From the NCBI GenBank assembly GCA_964106915.2, contig OZ066917.1: a stretch of 64,000 nt of DNA. One strand, 5' to 3'. This stretch comes from Podarcis gaigeae. Lineage: Eukaryota. Numbering within the stretch: the stretch's first letter is position 1; every line of letters begins with the position of its first letter. Made by a program: the position numbers and the translations under genes. Shown here in pieces: positions 13,394-25,610 of the stretch. A model generated the notes under the pieces. The model was given only the letters and a program-made list of their open reading frames with translations. It searched no databases and was not told the DNA's origin.

Positions 13394-14798
13394 GTAAGAA
13401 TGCCTGCCTACTGTTCTGAATTTGATCTGGTTGCAGTGGTAGTGTGAACAGATAAAATACTGTGTTTAAGAAAGAAACAGAATAGGTTGGCTAGCTTCCA
13501 GCAAAATAATGCACTGAAGAGAATCGCATGCACGAGCTGGAGCTTTGCTCTTTCCACAGAACTATGGTTTGTCTCTTTGGCAGCAAAAAAAGAATAGCTT
13601 TGGCTGTATGTGCTCTGTCCCATTTATGGAAGGGCCTTCTCTGCATCCTGATCATGGCTGGAACTAGATCAGGACCAGTAGGAGTTGGGAAGAAAATATT
13701 GTGCTGTGCACATGATGCTTCCACTCGCTTTCTTTTCCAAAGCCTCACCTTGGGTCACAGAGTTCTTCCTCCTCTTCCTTCTGCATGCAGTGAGCGCCAA
13801 TTGGGAATTTCAGCAAAAGGTTTCTTGGAAGAGTTATGCACTTTTGCCCCTGTAGAGGCAGAATTGGGAAACAGCTGGAGAAAACGAGGGTCTTTGGTTA
13901 GGTTCTGAGCTCTGGCTGAAGCTTGGTTGACTCCCTGCCCCCCCCCCCAAAGGTTTCTTTGGTTTACAAATATGATAATTCTTATGTACAAATAGAGTAA
14001 GTCCTCTGATTATGCAGAAACCACTAGCATATCTGTGAGTGGTCATGTTTTGCTTCCCAGCTGATTGGAACAGGAGAAGCCACTAAATTAAGCATTTTAT
14101 GTATATCTAAGATGGCAACTCCTTGTTGTCTTTAAAGAGGGTTCAACGATACAGTATAAGGCAGCAATTTATAATTGCTCAGTGGTCTCAAAAGTTGACT
14201 TTAAGAGGATTAAGAGGGGTCAGTCCCTTCAAGCTGGGAATACACTGTTGACCCAAAGCCATAGTTTCTCTCAGTACCATATGCATATTGAGAGATGGGA
14301 TTGATTGAGGTAGAAATCTAGGATTGCCATACATCCATAATTTCCCAGAAATAGCCAGGAAACTCTGTCCGGGTGGAAATCGCTGAAATGTCTGGGAAAA
14401 TCTGGACGTATGGCAACCCATGTCTTCCTCCTCCTCCTCCTCCTCCTCCTCCTACGATTTTGACCTGTTCTCCATTTACCAAGAAAAGGAAAACCGAATA
14501 TGGAATAATCCTAAAGGCTGGTGCTCCTTTTGAAAAGTTTACTTAATATACTCTTTTCCGCATTTGTCGTTAAAAAGGATTTAAATTTAAGGCATTGGTC
14601 TTGTAGACGGCTCTAGGTTGCATTCCTAACCCTACTCACCTTGGAGTAAGCCATGCTAAATTCAGAAAGGGTTAGGATTCTACTGTAAGTGCAGGTGTGC
14701 GTAATGTCAATAAAATAGGAACACGAAGCTCAAAATTCTGACTCTTAGAAAACCAGTCTCTGTGTTCTGTTGTGTGATTACTGAGGATGGAATGCTAA

Positions 14799-14814
14799 GT
14801 GCCACCTTGTGGCC
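14799..14814 (-). promoter_or_regulatory. CTCF-like motif GGCCACAAGGTGGCAC
   Basis: Close match to the CTCF core; paralogous, one-base-weakened site at 35717-35732. Confidence 0.45.
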
Positions 14815-14846
14815 GAAATGACTTTTTTTTTTTTGCTCTACTTCAG

Positions 14847-15037
14847 CTACAAGTGAAGTTTGAACATTTAAAACGGCTTCATCAAGAAGAGAGGATGAAA
14901 GTAGATGAGAAAAGAAAGCTCCTGGAAGATGAAATGAGTGCATTCAGTAAGAGAAAGGCTGCTTCAGACATACTCCAAGGGAGGGCCCTGCCCCCCACAC
15001 CCACGGTTGGTTTAAAAAAAGACAAGGATCGGAAAAA
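14847..15037 (+). CDS. SEPTIN10: Septin-10 (copy 1) coiled-coil exon [10 protein letters not shown]...KKDKDRK
   Basis: cttcag|...AA|gtaagt, 191 bp; intron read-through would give ...RKK-stop. Confidence 0.95.
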
Positions 15038-15238
15038 GTAAGTAATCAGTTTCAGAGGATCTTAGGATTTAGGGAGAACTTGTCCAATTCAGATGAATAT
15101 TTTAAGTAGTATAAATTATTCAGCCATGAAGTATGAAAAATAAGTAAATTTTGTTGCAAGTTGTTTGAGGTTTTCTTATTGATATCATCAGGCACTTTTA
15201 TGAAAACTCTTCTTTTTATGTCCCCTTCCCCACCAAAG

Positions 15239-15332
15239 GGAACAAGATTTTCGGCTTGAGCTGCTGTGTTTTGATATCGGAGATCAGGAAGTTGTGAATA
15301 TACAGGAAGCGAGAGAGAGAGAGAGAAATTAG
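15239..15332 (+). CDS. SEPTIN10: Septin-10 (copy 1) terminal coding exon (K)EQDFRLELLCFDIGDQEVVNIQEARERERN*
   Basis: Pyrimidine tract + aag acceptor; block conserved in copy 2 (36158); resembles a recalled mammalian SEPT10 isoform tail (RFELLCID). Confidence 0.7.
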
Positions 15333-16840
15333 AAAGGGAAAGAACACAGTGACTAGAGCTTGGAAGTAGTTTACAAATGTTGTATGGTTAGGGTATGTTA
15401 GTTTTGTAAGTCATTGAAAACAGATTCGCATGGTCACAATGTGCTTTAATACTTGAGTTTTTCATTCCAGAGAATGCTATTGAAATTCCCAACAGCTTTT
15501 GTAGTTTGGTGGTCGTGGCAGAAGCTGTTATGGAACAGTCAACAATCTAAATCTGTATTGTGTATGGGCAGCTGTTGCACTCATTGGGTGGTATCCAACA
15601 TGCTCTGAGTAGACTCATTGAAATCAACAGGCAACTTATTTTTAGCCCAGTGATTTCTGTGGGTCTGCTCTGAGTATTCCTAATGCTGAATATTAGCCAC
15701 TGTTCTGCCCAAAATCTCAACTGCTGCAAGGAATTACTGCATGTAAAGCAAAATTTTATTAATGGTTTTCACAATAGAAATGTGCACTTTTAAATTATGA
15801 AATCGTTCAATGAGAACATTTCCTATCTTCTCAGTAGTGAAAGTAGGGAGTCATCCAATGATGTCTGCCCACTTCTGCAATGGAACTCGGCTTGTGCAGT
15901 GGGACTTCCCTTCTCTCTGCCCTCCACCACTGCCCTAGCGTACCTCCCAAATCTTCTCTGGAGGTCTACCTACTCTCTGGGGAAGATTTGGGGTATGAGT
16001 GGGGCTGCTAGGGGGAGGAAGGTTTGCTTAAAATGGCTTTTGTTCTCCATTCTGCTGGCAGAAGAGTACTCGGCCCTCTAGATGTTTTGGGACTACAACT
16101 CCCATCATCCCTAGCTAACAGGACCAGTGGTCAGGGATGATGGGAATTGTAGTCCCCAAACATCTGGAGGGCCGAGTTTGCCTATGCCTGTTTTACATGA
16201 TTTATATTTCACACTTTCAACATAACAGCTAACAGAGTTGTAGAAAACAAAAGGGAAATTGAAGGCTATACCATGTGATATTTCTCTACATTTAAGTCGG
16301 TTCAAGTTTTGTCTAGTCGGGACTTATCAAAGTAAATGAACAAATTGAAGATGGAAGCTTTAATACTGCAAATAGACTTTGCTCTCTGTGGATAAAGGCA
16401 CATCTGATACGCCTCTTTCTGTTTCAGCTCTGGCTTTATGTGAAATTGAAGATACAAGGAGAAATTCTTCACAGTTCCCCATGATGAAACGTCGATCACC
16501 CTCCCCCTTTTTTAATGCAAGCGAACTTGAAAACTGATCACTGCTTAATCAATGGAAAAGTATATTAAAATGTATAATCAGTTTTGCATAATGTACTGTA
16601 GGGTTGCTGTTGCATTAATATATTTAAAAGGATGTTTCTTTTAAGCCGCCATTGATATGCACTTAAACTATATAGCCGTGGCCAAGTTGCACACACCAAA
16701 GATTACTGTGCCATAAAACAGTTTTCATTTGAGTTATGAGCACTGTAGTACAGAAGTGAATATATATTACATATGTTTTAAAGAACTGGTGCCTTTTATC
16801 CTGTTTTAGCTATACACAATTGAATGCATTTATTCAGCTG

Positions 16841-16846
16841 AATAAA
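16841..16846 (+). terminator. Polyadenylation signal of septin copy 1
   Basis: AATAAA inside ctgaataaaatatgtaaacctgttt, conserved in copy 2 at 38126; second AATAAA at 16864. Confidence 0.7.
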
Positions 16847-18272
16847 ATATGTAAACCTGTTTAAATAAACACTTCCTTTCCTCAAAACGGACTTACAAAT
16901 GTCCTTTCCAGGCCTGTGATAATGATAAGCTTTTGAATTATTCGTGGAAGCATTAAGCTTCATTCCCAAATATATTTTGAGAACCAGCTTGGTTTATAGA
17001 CATACCTTCCACTTGATCAGGCTTTGCTGTTCTTCAGCTTACATTACATGCCGCCAGTCGAGTGGAAACTAGAAATTTCCCAAAACAAATAAAACCAGGT
17101 TTGGTTCATGAGAACCCTGACAAACTGAGTTTGTAAGATGATAGATCAAGTGCCTTGGAGAGAGGTCTTCCTTCAGTTTAGCACTTTGCTAACTAAATTT
17201 GCAGAGCTGGCTGCAAAATCCTTCTTTGAACTCTGCAGTCCTGTGGTTGATCAACCAGAAGCAGGTTCTCTTGTGTTCAGTATGGGCAACGGGGCGGCTG
17301 ACTCCAAGTAAGTGCATAGAGGAGGGATGGGGGACCTGTGACTTCCAGGTATTGTTGGACTCCAACTCCTGTTGCTCTCAGATAGCATGGCCAAGTGGCC
17401 AGGGATAATTGACACTGTAGTCCAGCAACATCTGGAGGGCCACAGGTTCCCCATCATTTGTGTTTACAATTGCAGCCTAACTCGAGGCTAAGGAAGTACT
17501 GAGTAACCGTGTAGAATATTGTACTCTAAATGTAATCTTAACTTAATTTTAAAGTTATTGTACAACTTATTGCAGCCGATAGGTTTTTAACCTTTGTACG
17601 GTTCCTTTTTACTAATAAGCAAAAGCAGCTGTATCCGCAATCCTCGTAGATTTCTGCAGGACTTAAAAAACATGTATATATAAATGCATAACTTGGGAAA
17701 TAAACACACAATGTTATCCATAAGCTACACGAATCCCTTATTTTCTTGAGAAATACTGCTGTATGGTCCTCAAGCCAGCTTCCGTCTAATTTGAAAACTT
17801 AAGCAGAGGTGTTTACGTTTGAGACAGCCATTGCACACATGCAGATGACATCTCAGTGTATAGGAGGTTGGTTGGGAAAAACAAAATAAGGTAATGTGCA
17901 TTGAATGGATACATACCTGCCCCTTCTCAGATGTGTACGGTAATGTTAAAAGTTACTTGAGGCATGGGGGGCGGCCTACCTCATGTTTGAAGGTGCTAAT
18001 GTGCACATAGCCTAGATTTCAAATCTCATGTTGTTGAACTATTTTATCATAAATGCAATTTCTAAGAAGAAGACATGAAGGCAACAGAACCAATGAGGGG
18101 AGGGGTGAAAGAAACTGGCTGTTGTGGGCGGGGAATTGAGTGTGAAAGAATGGGAGAAGATATTATAGGAGATGGTTAAAAATATTCTGTTATTCTGAGT
18201 CTGAATTACTCTGAATCCGTCACAACGAGGTAATGGAGTATCCTTTCTTCTCCAATTTGGAATAGATATTGG

Positions 18273-18285
18273 GTTGCTAGGCAAC
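18273..18285. promoter_or_regulatory. RFX X-box GTTGCTAGGCAAC
   Basis: Near-palindromic match to the RFX consensus; identical in the paralogous block at 43978-43990. Confidence 0.6.
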
Positions 18286-19924
18286 ATTTTCCATGTTCCT
18301 TGCTCCTGAGCTAAAATAATAATTAAAAAATACCTTCATCTGGGTCATGTTATTCTGGTGATGTGATAAGAAATGAAGCTAGAAAAATCATTCTCAAAGC
18401 AACACTGTCTGTATTTTAACCCGTCCTTCTGGGTTTCTTCTGATCTATTTATAGATCATACTTTTTTTTTTTACTGCCTAATAATCTGGCAAAAACTTTG
18501 AGTGAATTCATTCTGCAATCCCCGGGGCGGATTTAGGGGAGGGTTCAGTCACACTGGGCGTGAAACCTTGGGGTGCAGCAACTATTACTTTGAATGCAGC
18601 AAGAGAGGTGGGGTGAGGTGGTGGGGACCCCAAATTTTGGCGTCGCACAAGGCAATGCTGAAACTCGAGACCAGAAGATCTGCCCCTGTTGCAAATCTCC
18701 TTTCGGTTTTAAGAGCAGGCCTCTGTTGTCTTGTATTCCAGTTCTGAGGATTCTTGCAGCCTTGCCAGCGTTAGTTTTGCCCTTCTCCTATCCTGGTGAT
18801 AAAAAACAACAACTTGAAGGAAACTCCTATCACATGACTAGACTTCTGGAAGGTTCAGTTCAACGCAGCCACTTTAGGAGGCCACACCTCAGAGCCCAGG
18901 GCTGAGACAAGGCCTTGGTTGAGGAGCTAGGCCCAAGCAAGCTGAAGAAAGGTAGGCCGAGAAGCCTGAGGCCTTGCGACAAACAGCAGGCCTGTCGGAA
19001 ACGGTGGCGGCATTATGCCCGTAACTGATGGCCGTGGCACAGATAGCGCTGTAATTAATCCATGAGCCCCTTACCACAGGCAGTAATTTTGCAGGTTTGG
19101 AGCAGCCAGCAGCCTTCATGAATTGTTATTTGTTCTATCACAGTAAACAGAAGCCAGATCTTCAGCAGGGACACTAACTGCATTGCCACAGAGGGCAAAT
19201 TGCAGCTGGCACATAACTATGATTTTTTTCAGGGGGGAGGCCCTGTTACACTTTTTGTGGAGAGAATGGGGAGACTCAATTTACAGTTGGGGAAAGGGAA
19301 CTAACCTAACTGTTGGTGGGGAGGGACTTCTAATTCCCCCCATTCTTTTTCAAGGCAAAAAAATCATCATGGCTGTGCAAATTTTTGTGGGCTTCCCTTG
19401 GTGAAGCTTTGAAATGAATCATATACAGAGGTTAATGAGAGGGAGAGCATGTTCACAGGCTTGTTACTGTCGTGGGTTACTTTAAAAAAAAAAATTGGGA
19501 GTAGGTGAACGCTTCAATTTCATGTTGTATTTAGTTGCAAAGAGGTGGGTTCTGGCTGAGGAGGAAACGCCAGCTTACTTTACTTGTGTTTGGATGCCAC
19601 GCTAATAAAAACAAAAAACAGGGTTTTGTTTGATGCGAACAAGAGACAGCGGGCCTAGAGTTTGCGAACTTTCCCTCCCTTCTAGGATGCAGCTTCGAGG
19701 AGGAATTTGTAAACATCCGGCTTTGCTTAGCCAGATGTTGTTGTATCATAGGGACCAACAAATGGGATAAGTGTGGTTTGTTTGAAAAATGCCCACTGCA
19801 CATGGCAAGTGTCATTTTCTCCTCACTTAACAGCTCCTTCTTGCATGCATGCATGCTCCCCAAACCACAGTGCTTCTTCCAACATAACATGCTGCATATG
19901 TATCACCTAAAAACAGCATATGGG

Positions 19925-20247
19925 CAGTGCCGGATTTACGTATAAGCTAAACAAGCTACAGCTTAGGGCCCCACTCTCTTGGGGGCCCCCAAAAAAAATT
20001 AAAGAGGAAAAAAACCTGGATGTACATTTCCAAAATTTAAGATAAGTTCCACAATTACTTTGATAAAATACATATTTTGTTATGTGCAAATGGCTTTAGA
20101 TACCTATTAGGTCCATAAATTTCCATATAGCATATATTCAACACAAAAAACAGAGGCAATTTGTTGTTGACAAAGGACAGCTGGACATATAAAGGGCCCC
20201 ATTACCTTCAGTAGCTTAGAGCCTCATCAAACCTAAATCCAGTCCTG
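19925..20247. mobile_element. Non-autonomous hAT element
   Basis: TIR cagtgccggattta...taaatccagtcctg; 8-bp TSD catatggg/cgtatggg. Confidence 0.75.
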
Positions 20248-20695
20248 CGTATGGGTAGCACCCAACAAATGCATCCTATCAGCAAAAACATTTATGCTTC
20301 CACAATGAACTTTCCTTCCTCTCTTCTCCCTGTGCTTGCCCCTCATCTGCTCCGAAGGGTTGGGGGAACTTTTAGAATACATTTAGAGGACGCATGCATG
20401 GGAAATTTCTGCAGAAGCAGAAATCTTACTGTTGATGGGACATGTTAGTTGGATACCACATGCCTCAATGTGTTTGTTTTTAACTCATATACAAAATAGG
20501 TCCGATTAATCAAATAAATAAATTTCATATGATTATTCAATTATGATTTTATTTAATCTAGTCCTACCACTTTTTCCTTAGCCAGTTGTTTTATTATTTT
20601 TTTTAAATATTTAGTCAAATTTTAGTCCTACCTTTTCCCCCTAACCCCATTTGTTCTTTATTTTAGAAAATCATTTGAACTACTTTCCCCCCCAG

Positions 20696-20761
20696 AAGTA
20701 TAAGTCTGAGACGAGAATGAGAGCATCCTATTCACCAGTCAATAAAGAAGAAACAAGGAGT
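20696..20761 (+). CDS. Septin-10-like (copy 2) candidate N-terminal exon KYKSETRMRASYSPVNKEETRS (in-frame ATG at 20717)
   Basis: tttcccccccag|66 bp|gtgagt, phase 0-0, open frame, similar size and position to SEPT10 exon 2; ATG has A at -3. Confidence 0.6.
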
Positions 20762-21469
20762 GTGAGTAAAGTAATCGATGAGTATTCTCTTTGTATTGCT
20801 ATAGTACTACAGAAATAACAAAGAGTCTTGCGGGAATTCTGAAGACTTTCTGAAGAATTCATGCACTTTCAGAGACTACTGTCCACAATGGCTTATGCCA
20901 TAGTAAATTTATAAGGAGCCACAAGATGCTTCCCCCCTGCCCTGCTGCAACTGTCCAACATGGTTAAATGTTGTTACCTTTTTAGATAATGTACAATAAT
21001 TGTTTTTAAACCTTCTCGATATAAAAAAGAATGATAGAACATAATTTGGCATGCACTGTTTGAATTACAATTGTGGTCAGCAAAGTAGAAATTCAAATAA
21101 AATGTGAATTCACCCAAAATTAAATTGCAATTTGGTTTTGTTTGTAGAATTCTAACTATACTGTGTAACCAAAAAAAAAATCTATCAAAGGCTTTTTTCT
21201 TTCAGTGCTTTTTAGCAGTTGTACAATTTGTTGAGCAGAACAAAGTTAAAAAATTGCCATTGATTACTGTACCCTTCTTTTAGATCAGGGTTTCGCAAAC
21301 TTGAATCTCCAGCTGTTTTTGGACTACAACTCCCATCATCCTTAGCTAGCAGGACCAGTGGTCAGGGATGATGGGTGTTAACTTATTTAGACTTTGCAAC
21401 AACTTGCAGCCAACATAGTAGTAATAGTGCTGCAGCCTTGTATTCCAGTTTATATTATTCTTTCCACAG

Positions 21470-21581
21470 CAGAGTTCCCGACCCTTATCCTTGTCTGGTC
21501 ATGTTGGCTTTGATAGTTTACCAGATCAGTTGGTTAATAAATATATCCAACAGGGGTTCTGCTTCAACATTCTCTGCATTG
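21470..21581 (+). CDS. Septin-10-like (copy 2) exon [37 protein letters not shown]
   Basis: NAGNAG acceptor ccacagcag, donor G|gtaagt; SEPT6-group signature [13 protein letters not shown]; not in the ORF track. Confidence 0.93.
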
Positions 21582-22012
21582 GTAAGTAAAACAGCAGTTA
21601 GTAGTGAGTTATTTTATTTTAAAACTCATTACTATTGAAAAATGTGAAGGAGAGAAAAGTGACAAAGGTATTGCTCTTTTCCATTGGCATTGTACTAGTT
21701 CAGATAAACAGAATTCCTTAAGTGGGGTTAAGTTTTCCCTAAGCCCCAAAAAGTTTGCAGCAAAAATAGTAATGGAACAAATATTATATGCATCCTTTGA
21801 GGAAATCCCATAGCATAATGATCAAATACTGCTATCAAGGAATAAAAAAGAGACAATGGCCTCTCTGAACTAATTCCTTAGTTACAGCAAATGCCATTTT
21901 GCATTCCATCCCCCACCCCCTGGGGAATGTGAAAAAATTCAATTACCCTCATTGTGTTATGGTGAAATTTGTGTGGCATGTATGTAAATTTTTTATTTGT
22001 CTTTAATTGTAG

Positions 22013-22208
22013 GGGAGACTGGAATTGGGAAATCAACTTTGATTCATAGTTTGTTTAATAACAGTTTTGATTACCGTGTGTCAACACACTTTCAGCCAAA
22101 TGTACGACTTAAAGCTGAGACGTATGAGCTCCGGGAAAGCAATGTTCGATTGAAATTGACCATAATAGAGACAGTTGGATTTGGTGATCAGATAAACAAA
22201 GAAGATAG
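22013..22208 (+). CDS. Septin-10-like (copy 2) G1/G3 exon GETGIGKST...ETVGFGDQ
   Basis: ttgtag|196 bp|gttagt, paralogous to 1752-1947. Confidence 0.94.
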
Positions 22209-23963
22209 GTTAGTATCTCCTCACTTGAATAATGTCATATTAATTTGCCAAGTGACATGCCATCTAGGATCTGACATTTGTGTCATGTAGTGGTATTGAT
22301 AGGCTTATTGATTTCATTTTATTTAAATTTATTGACATAGTTAACACACCCACCCATAACCAGAGTTATTTAGAGAAATGAGGTAAACATTTCCAGATTT
22401 ATGACTTATCAGCAAGAATTTCACTTTATGTGTGCTGATCTGGAAAACAATTTCAGTTATCACTAAATTGACAGAATATTTTAGAAAAGGACTCCAGTTC
22501 TGATAACATTGTCTAGGACCCAGATACCTACTTCATTCTTACCCAAAGGCTTATGTATGCCCACTGCAACTTTGACTTTCTCCCCAACTGAGCAGCTGGA
22601 AGGAGTCTGCTGCCTGTCACATAGGAACAGCTGTTTGAAGAAAAACAAAGTGAATTGGCACGATCCAGTGATTCTGTTTATTTTATTTTAATTTTGTCTG
22701 TTGTATTTTGTTACTTTTATTTGCTTTAAATTGTATTTTTATGTCTTGTGAATTTTATTCACATTTTTGTGCATTGCCCTGGAATCTTTTGAGGAAGGGT
22801 CGTGAAGAAATACCTTAAATAAATACGGTAAATAAAGTTAAAGGAATGAAGGTCCTGTGATGTGTGGAACTGAAGCGCCATTGAAACAGTTATGGCCAAG
22901 GGCACTTGAAAGCAATTGGTTTGTGCTGGATTGTCAGTCATTCACAAATCTGCTCACCATTTCCCGTCTGGTGAAGCCCTTTCCCCTCTGGCCAGCGTGA
23001 CAAGCTGTCCCCACCAACTCAAGCTATGTGCTCCTGTATCCTCACTCTCATTTAACCTGTTCCCAGCACCATCTCTATTTCCCCCCTTCCCAGCACTTCT
23101 TTGTGCTAAGAACTGGTTGTGTGTGAACTAACTACATCCTTCCAGTGCAACCCCTTCTCTTCCACCCTGAGCTGAATATAATGGGGTTGTGTGGTGCTGC
23201 ATATTGGGCAACAATGGCAGCTTCCCTACCCATCATTGTCTAGTGCTGAGTGTCCATTTCCACAGGTCAGGAAAGCTGGAACTTGGAGCTAGGCTGAGTT
23301 CTGGGGCTTCAGCAGTGAAGAAACTCAGACAACCAACTTACACTGACGCTGAAGGTTCAAGCTGTTTCTGACTCCTCTCAGACCATGATCCAAGCAGTTG
23401 TTTCTGTGTTCTTCCCACTCCTCCCAAGTAGCCCTTGTGCAGCTAACTAAGTACTTAGGCAACGGCTCTGATGTTCTTCCCTGGCTTACTGTCTCCTCTG
23501 TTCTTGTGGCCCTGGGGGAGATGAGGGGAGGTGTGAGAGCTGGGCAGCTGGGGTCAGGACTGTTATGGACAGGCTCTGGGTCTGCCTCCTGGTGACCCAG
23601 CAACCAGTGAGAGCTGGCGAAACCAGCAGCCAATCAGGAGAGTGTGTGTGTGTGGAATTCAAGTGAGATGCTGACAGTTTAAGAGTCATATAAGGACTTT
23701 TCTGTCTAGGTGGGCAGATGGCATCTCTGACTATCTGGAGTGGGCTCAGATAGTGATTATCTGTCAGCAGGGACAGTCTGAATTGATTCTCAGAGATTGG
23801 GATTTTGCTGTCAGCGGGAGAGGGACCAACTATCAGTGTGGGCCTGGTATCTGTGCTTGACCAGTGGGAGAGCTAGACAGCTTTGACAATGATGCTTGCT
23901 AAAAGCAATTCAAATGTATATAAGCCATTCAGAGTTGGGCCATTTGTCTTCCCTTTAGAACTA

Positions 23964-24205
23964 CAGTGGTACCTCGGGTTACATACGCTTCAGGTTACAT
24001 ACCCTTCAGGTTACAGACTCCGCTAACCCAGAAATATTACCTCGGGTTAAGAACTTTGCTTCAGGGTGAGAACAGAAATTGTGCTCCGGCGGCACAGTGG
24101 CAGCGGGAGGTCCCATTAGCTAAAGTGGTGCTTCAGGTTAAGAACAGTTTCAGGTTAAGAACGGACCTCCGGAACGAATTAAGTACTTAACCCGAGGTAC
24201 CACTG
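23964..24205. mobile_element. Tc1/mariner(pogo)-type MITE, family A
   Basis: TA TSD, perfect TIR cagtggtacctcgggtta. Confidence 0.88.
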
Positions 24206-25423
24206 TAGTTAGAAAACATACTTTGCTGCATTGCAATTGATATCAACTACCTTTACCCTTTTCTTTTCTGCATTAGGAACTTTATAATATATTATTCCTT
24301 ATAAACTATTTCTGGTGTTTTCTGATAAATTGTCCAGCTGATTGGCAACAACCTTACATAACTACAATCTGCTTGATAGTTGAAAGAGCTGCAATCAGAT
24401 ATCCTGATTTGCTTAATGTCATATCTCCAGAGAGGTGACCCTAAATTAAAATCCTTCAAGACTCCCTGTCTCAAACTTGGGAGATCCACTGCCAGCCAGT
24501 GCAGGCAGCATTAAGCTAGATGGACCCATGGGTCTTACTCAGTATGTAAGGCAACTTCCTATGCTCCAGGTCAGGGTAAAGCTTGCACCCCAACACTGGA
24601 GCTGGAGAGAGAGGCGGTAGAAGCAACTGCTTGTTTCTCACTTTAAGCAATGGGAAGAGAAGAATGGGCTGTTACAGCAGTCACAGAGCTGGGAGGACAG
24701 ATTGGGGGGCGGGGAGGCAACGAGGAAGCAGCATGGAGTCCCATCTAAGCTCAGGAAGAAGTTAGGGGGTCATTTATGTGATGCTGTGTTTTAAAGGTGC
24801 TCTGCAAAACACCGAACTGTATGGAAGATCACTTGCCCTTTTGATCTTCTTCCTCTTCTTCACACCTGTCAGTGCTATCCCACTCCTCCAGTTAGTATGG
24901 GCTGGAAAGGACGGGGATGCATTGGTGAGTGAGCACTGCTAAGTGCGGAGAGGTGATGTTGATGGTTTAGATTCACAAGCATCCTGGAGAGGAGGTTGGA
25001 AGAGCAGTGCAACATCGCCCTTCTCAGTTTGGAGCTTGGCAGGGAGATAATGGGATAACAGTTGATGGCACTGAGCTTCAGAGGTGCTTGCCTCCAAAGT
25101 TTTGTGTGAGGTCAGTAAAACACCCAGTTATTTTTCGGCAGGGTTGAGGCAACTCCCGATTTGGTTACCAAGGCCAGCCAAAATGTATGGACTTCTGTGG
25201 ATGTGCCCTTGTTTTGGTTTAGGATGATAATATTCAGGTCAAGAGGCTTTGTCTTTTTATGAGCATATACTTTAGAGAATAATTTTTAAGAATTTCGCTG
25301 AATTTATACTAATGTCACTGCTGTTTTACTGTCCCTTGGCAATTTGTGTTTATCAATGTATTAGAGTTACGGTAAACTCAACCTTTGTCCTCTTACATCA
25401 AATATTTTCCCCCTTATCTGCAG

Positions 25424-25610
25424 CTATCAGCCAATAGTGGATTATGTAGATGCACAGTTTGAAGCCTACCTCCAGGAAGAGCTGAAAATTAATCGTTCCT
25501 TGTATAATTACCGTGATACTCGTATCCATGTGTGCCTCTACTTTATTTCACCCACAGGGCATTCCCTTAAAACTCTTGATTTAGTAACCATGAAAAATCT
25601 TTCTAGGAAG
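25424..25610 (+). CDS. Septin-10-like (copy 2) exon [15 protein letters not shown]...KNLSRK
   Basis: ctgcag|187 bp|gtaaga. Confidence 0.94.

Noticed and set aside
23560-23960. Solo LTR (also ~33480-33790)
   Set aside because: CCAAT/TATA-like content is suggestive but ends and TSD could not be defined by eye
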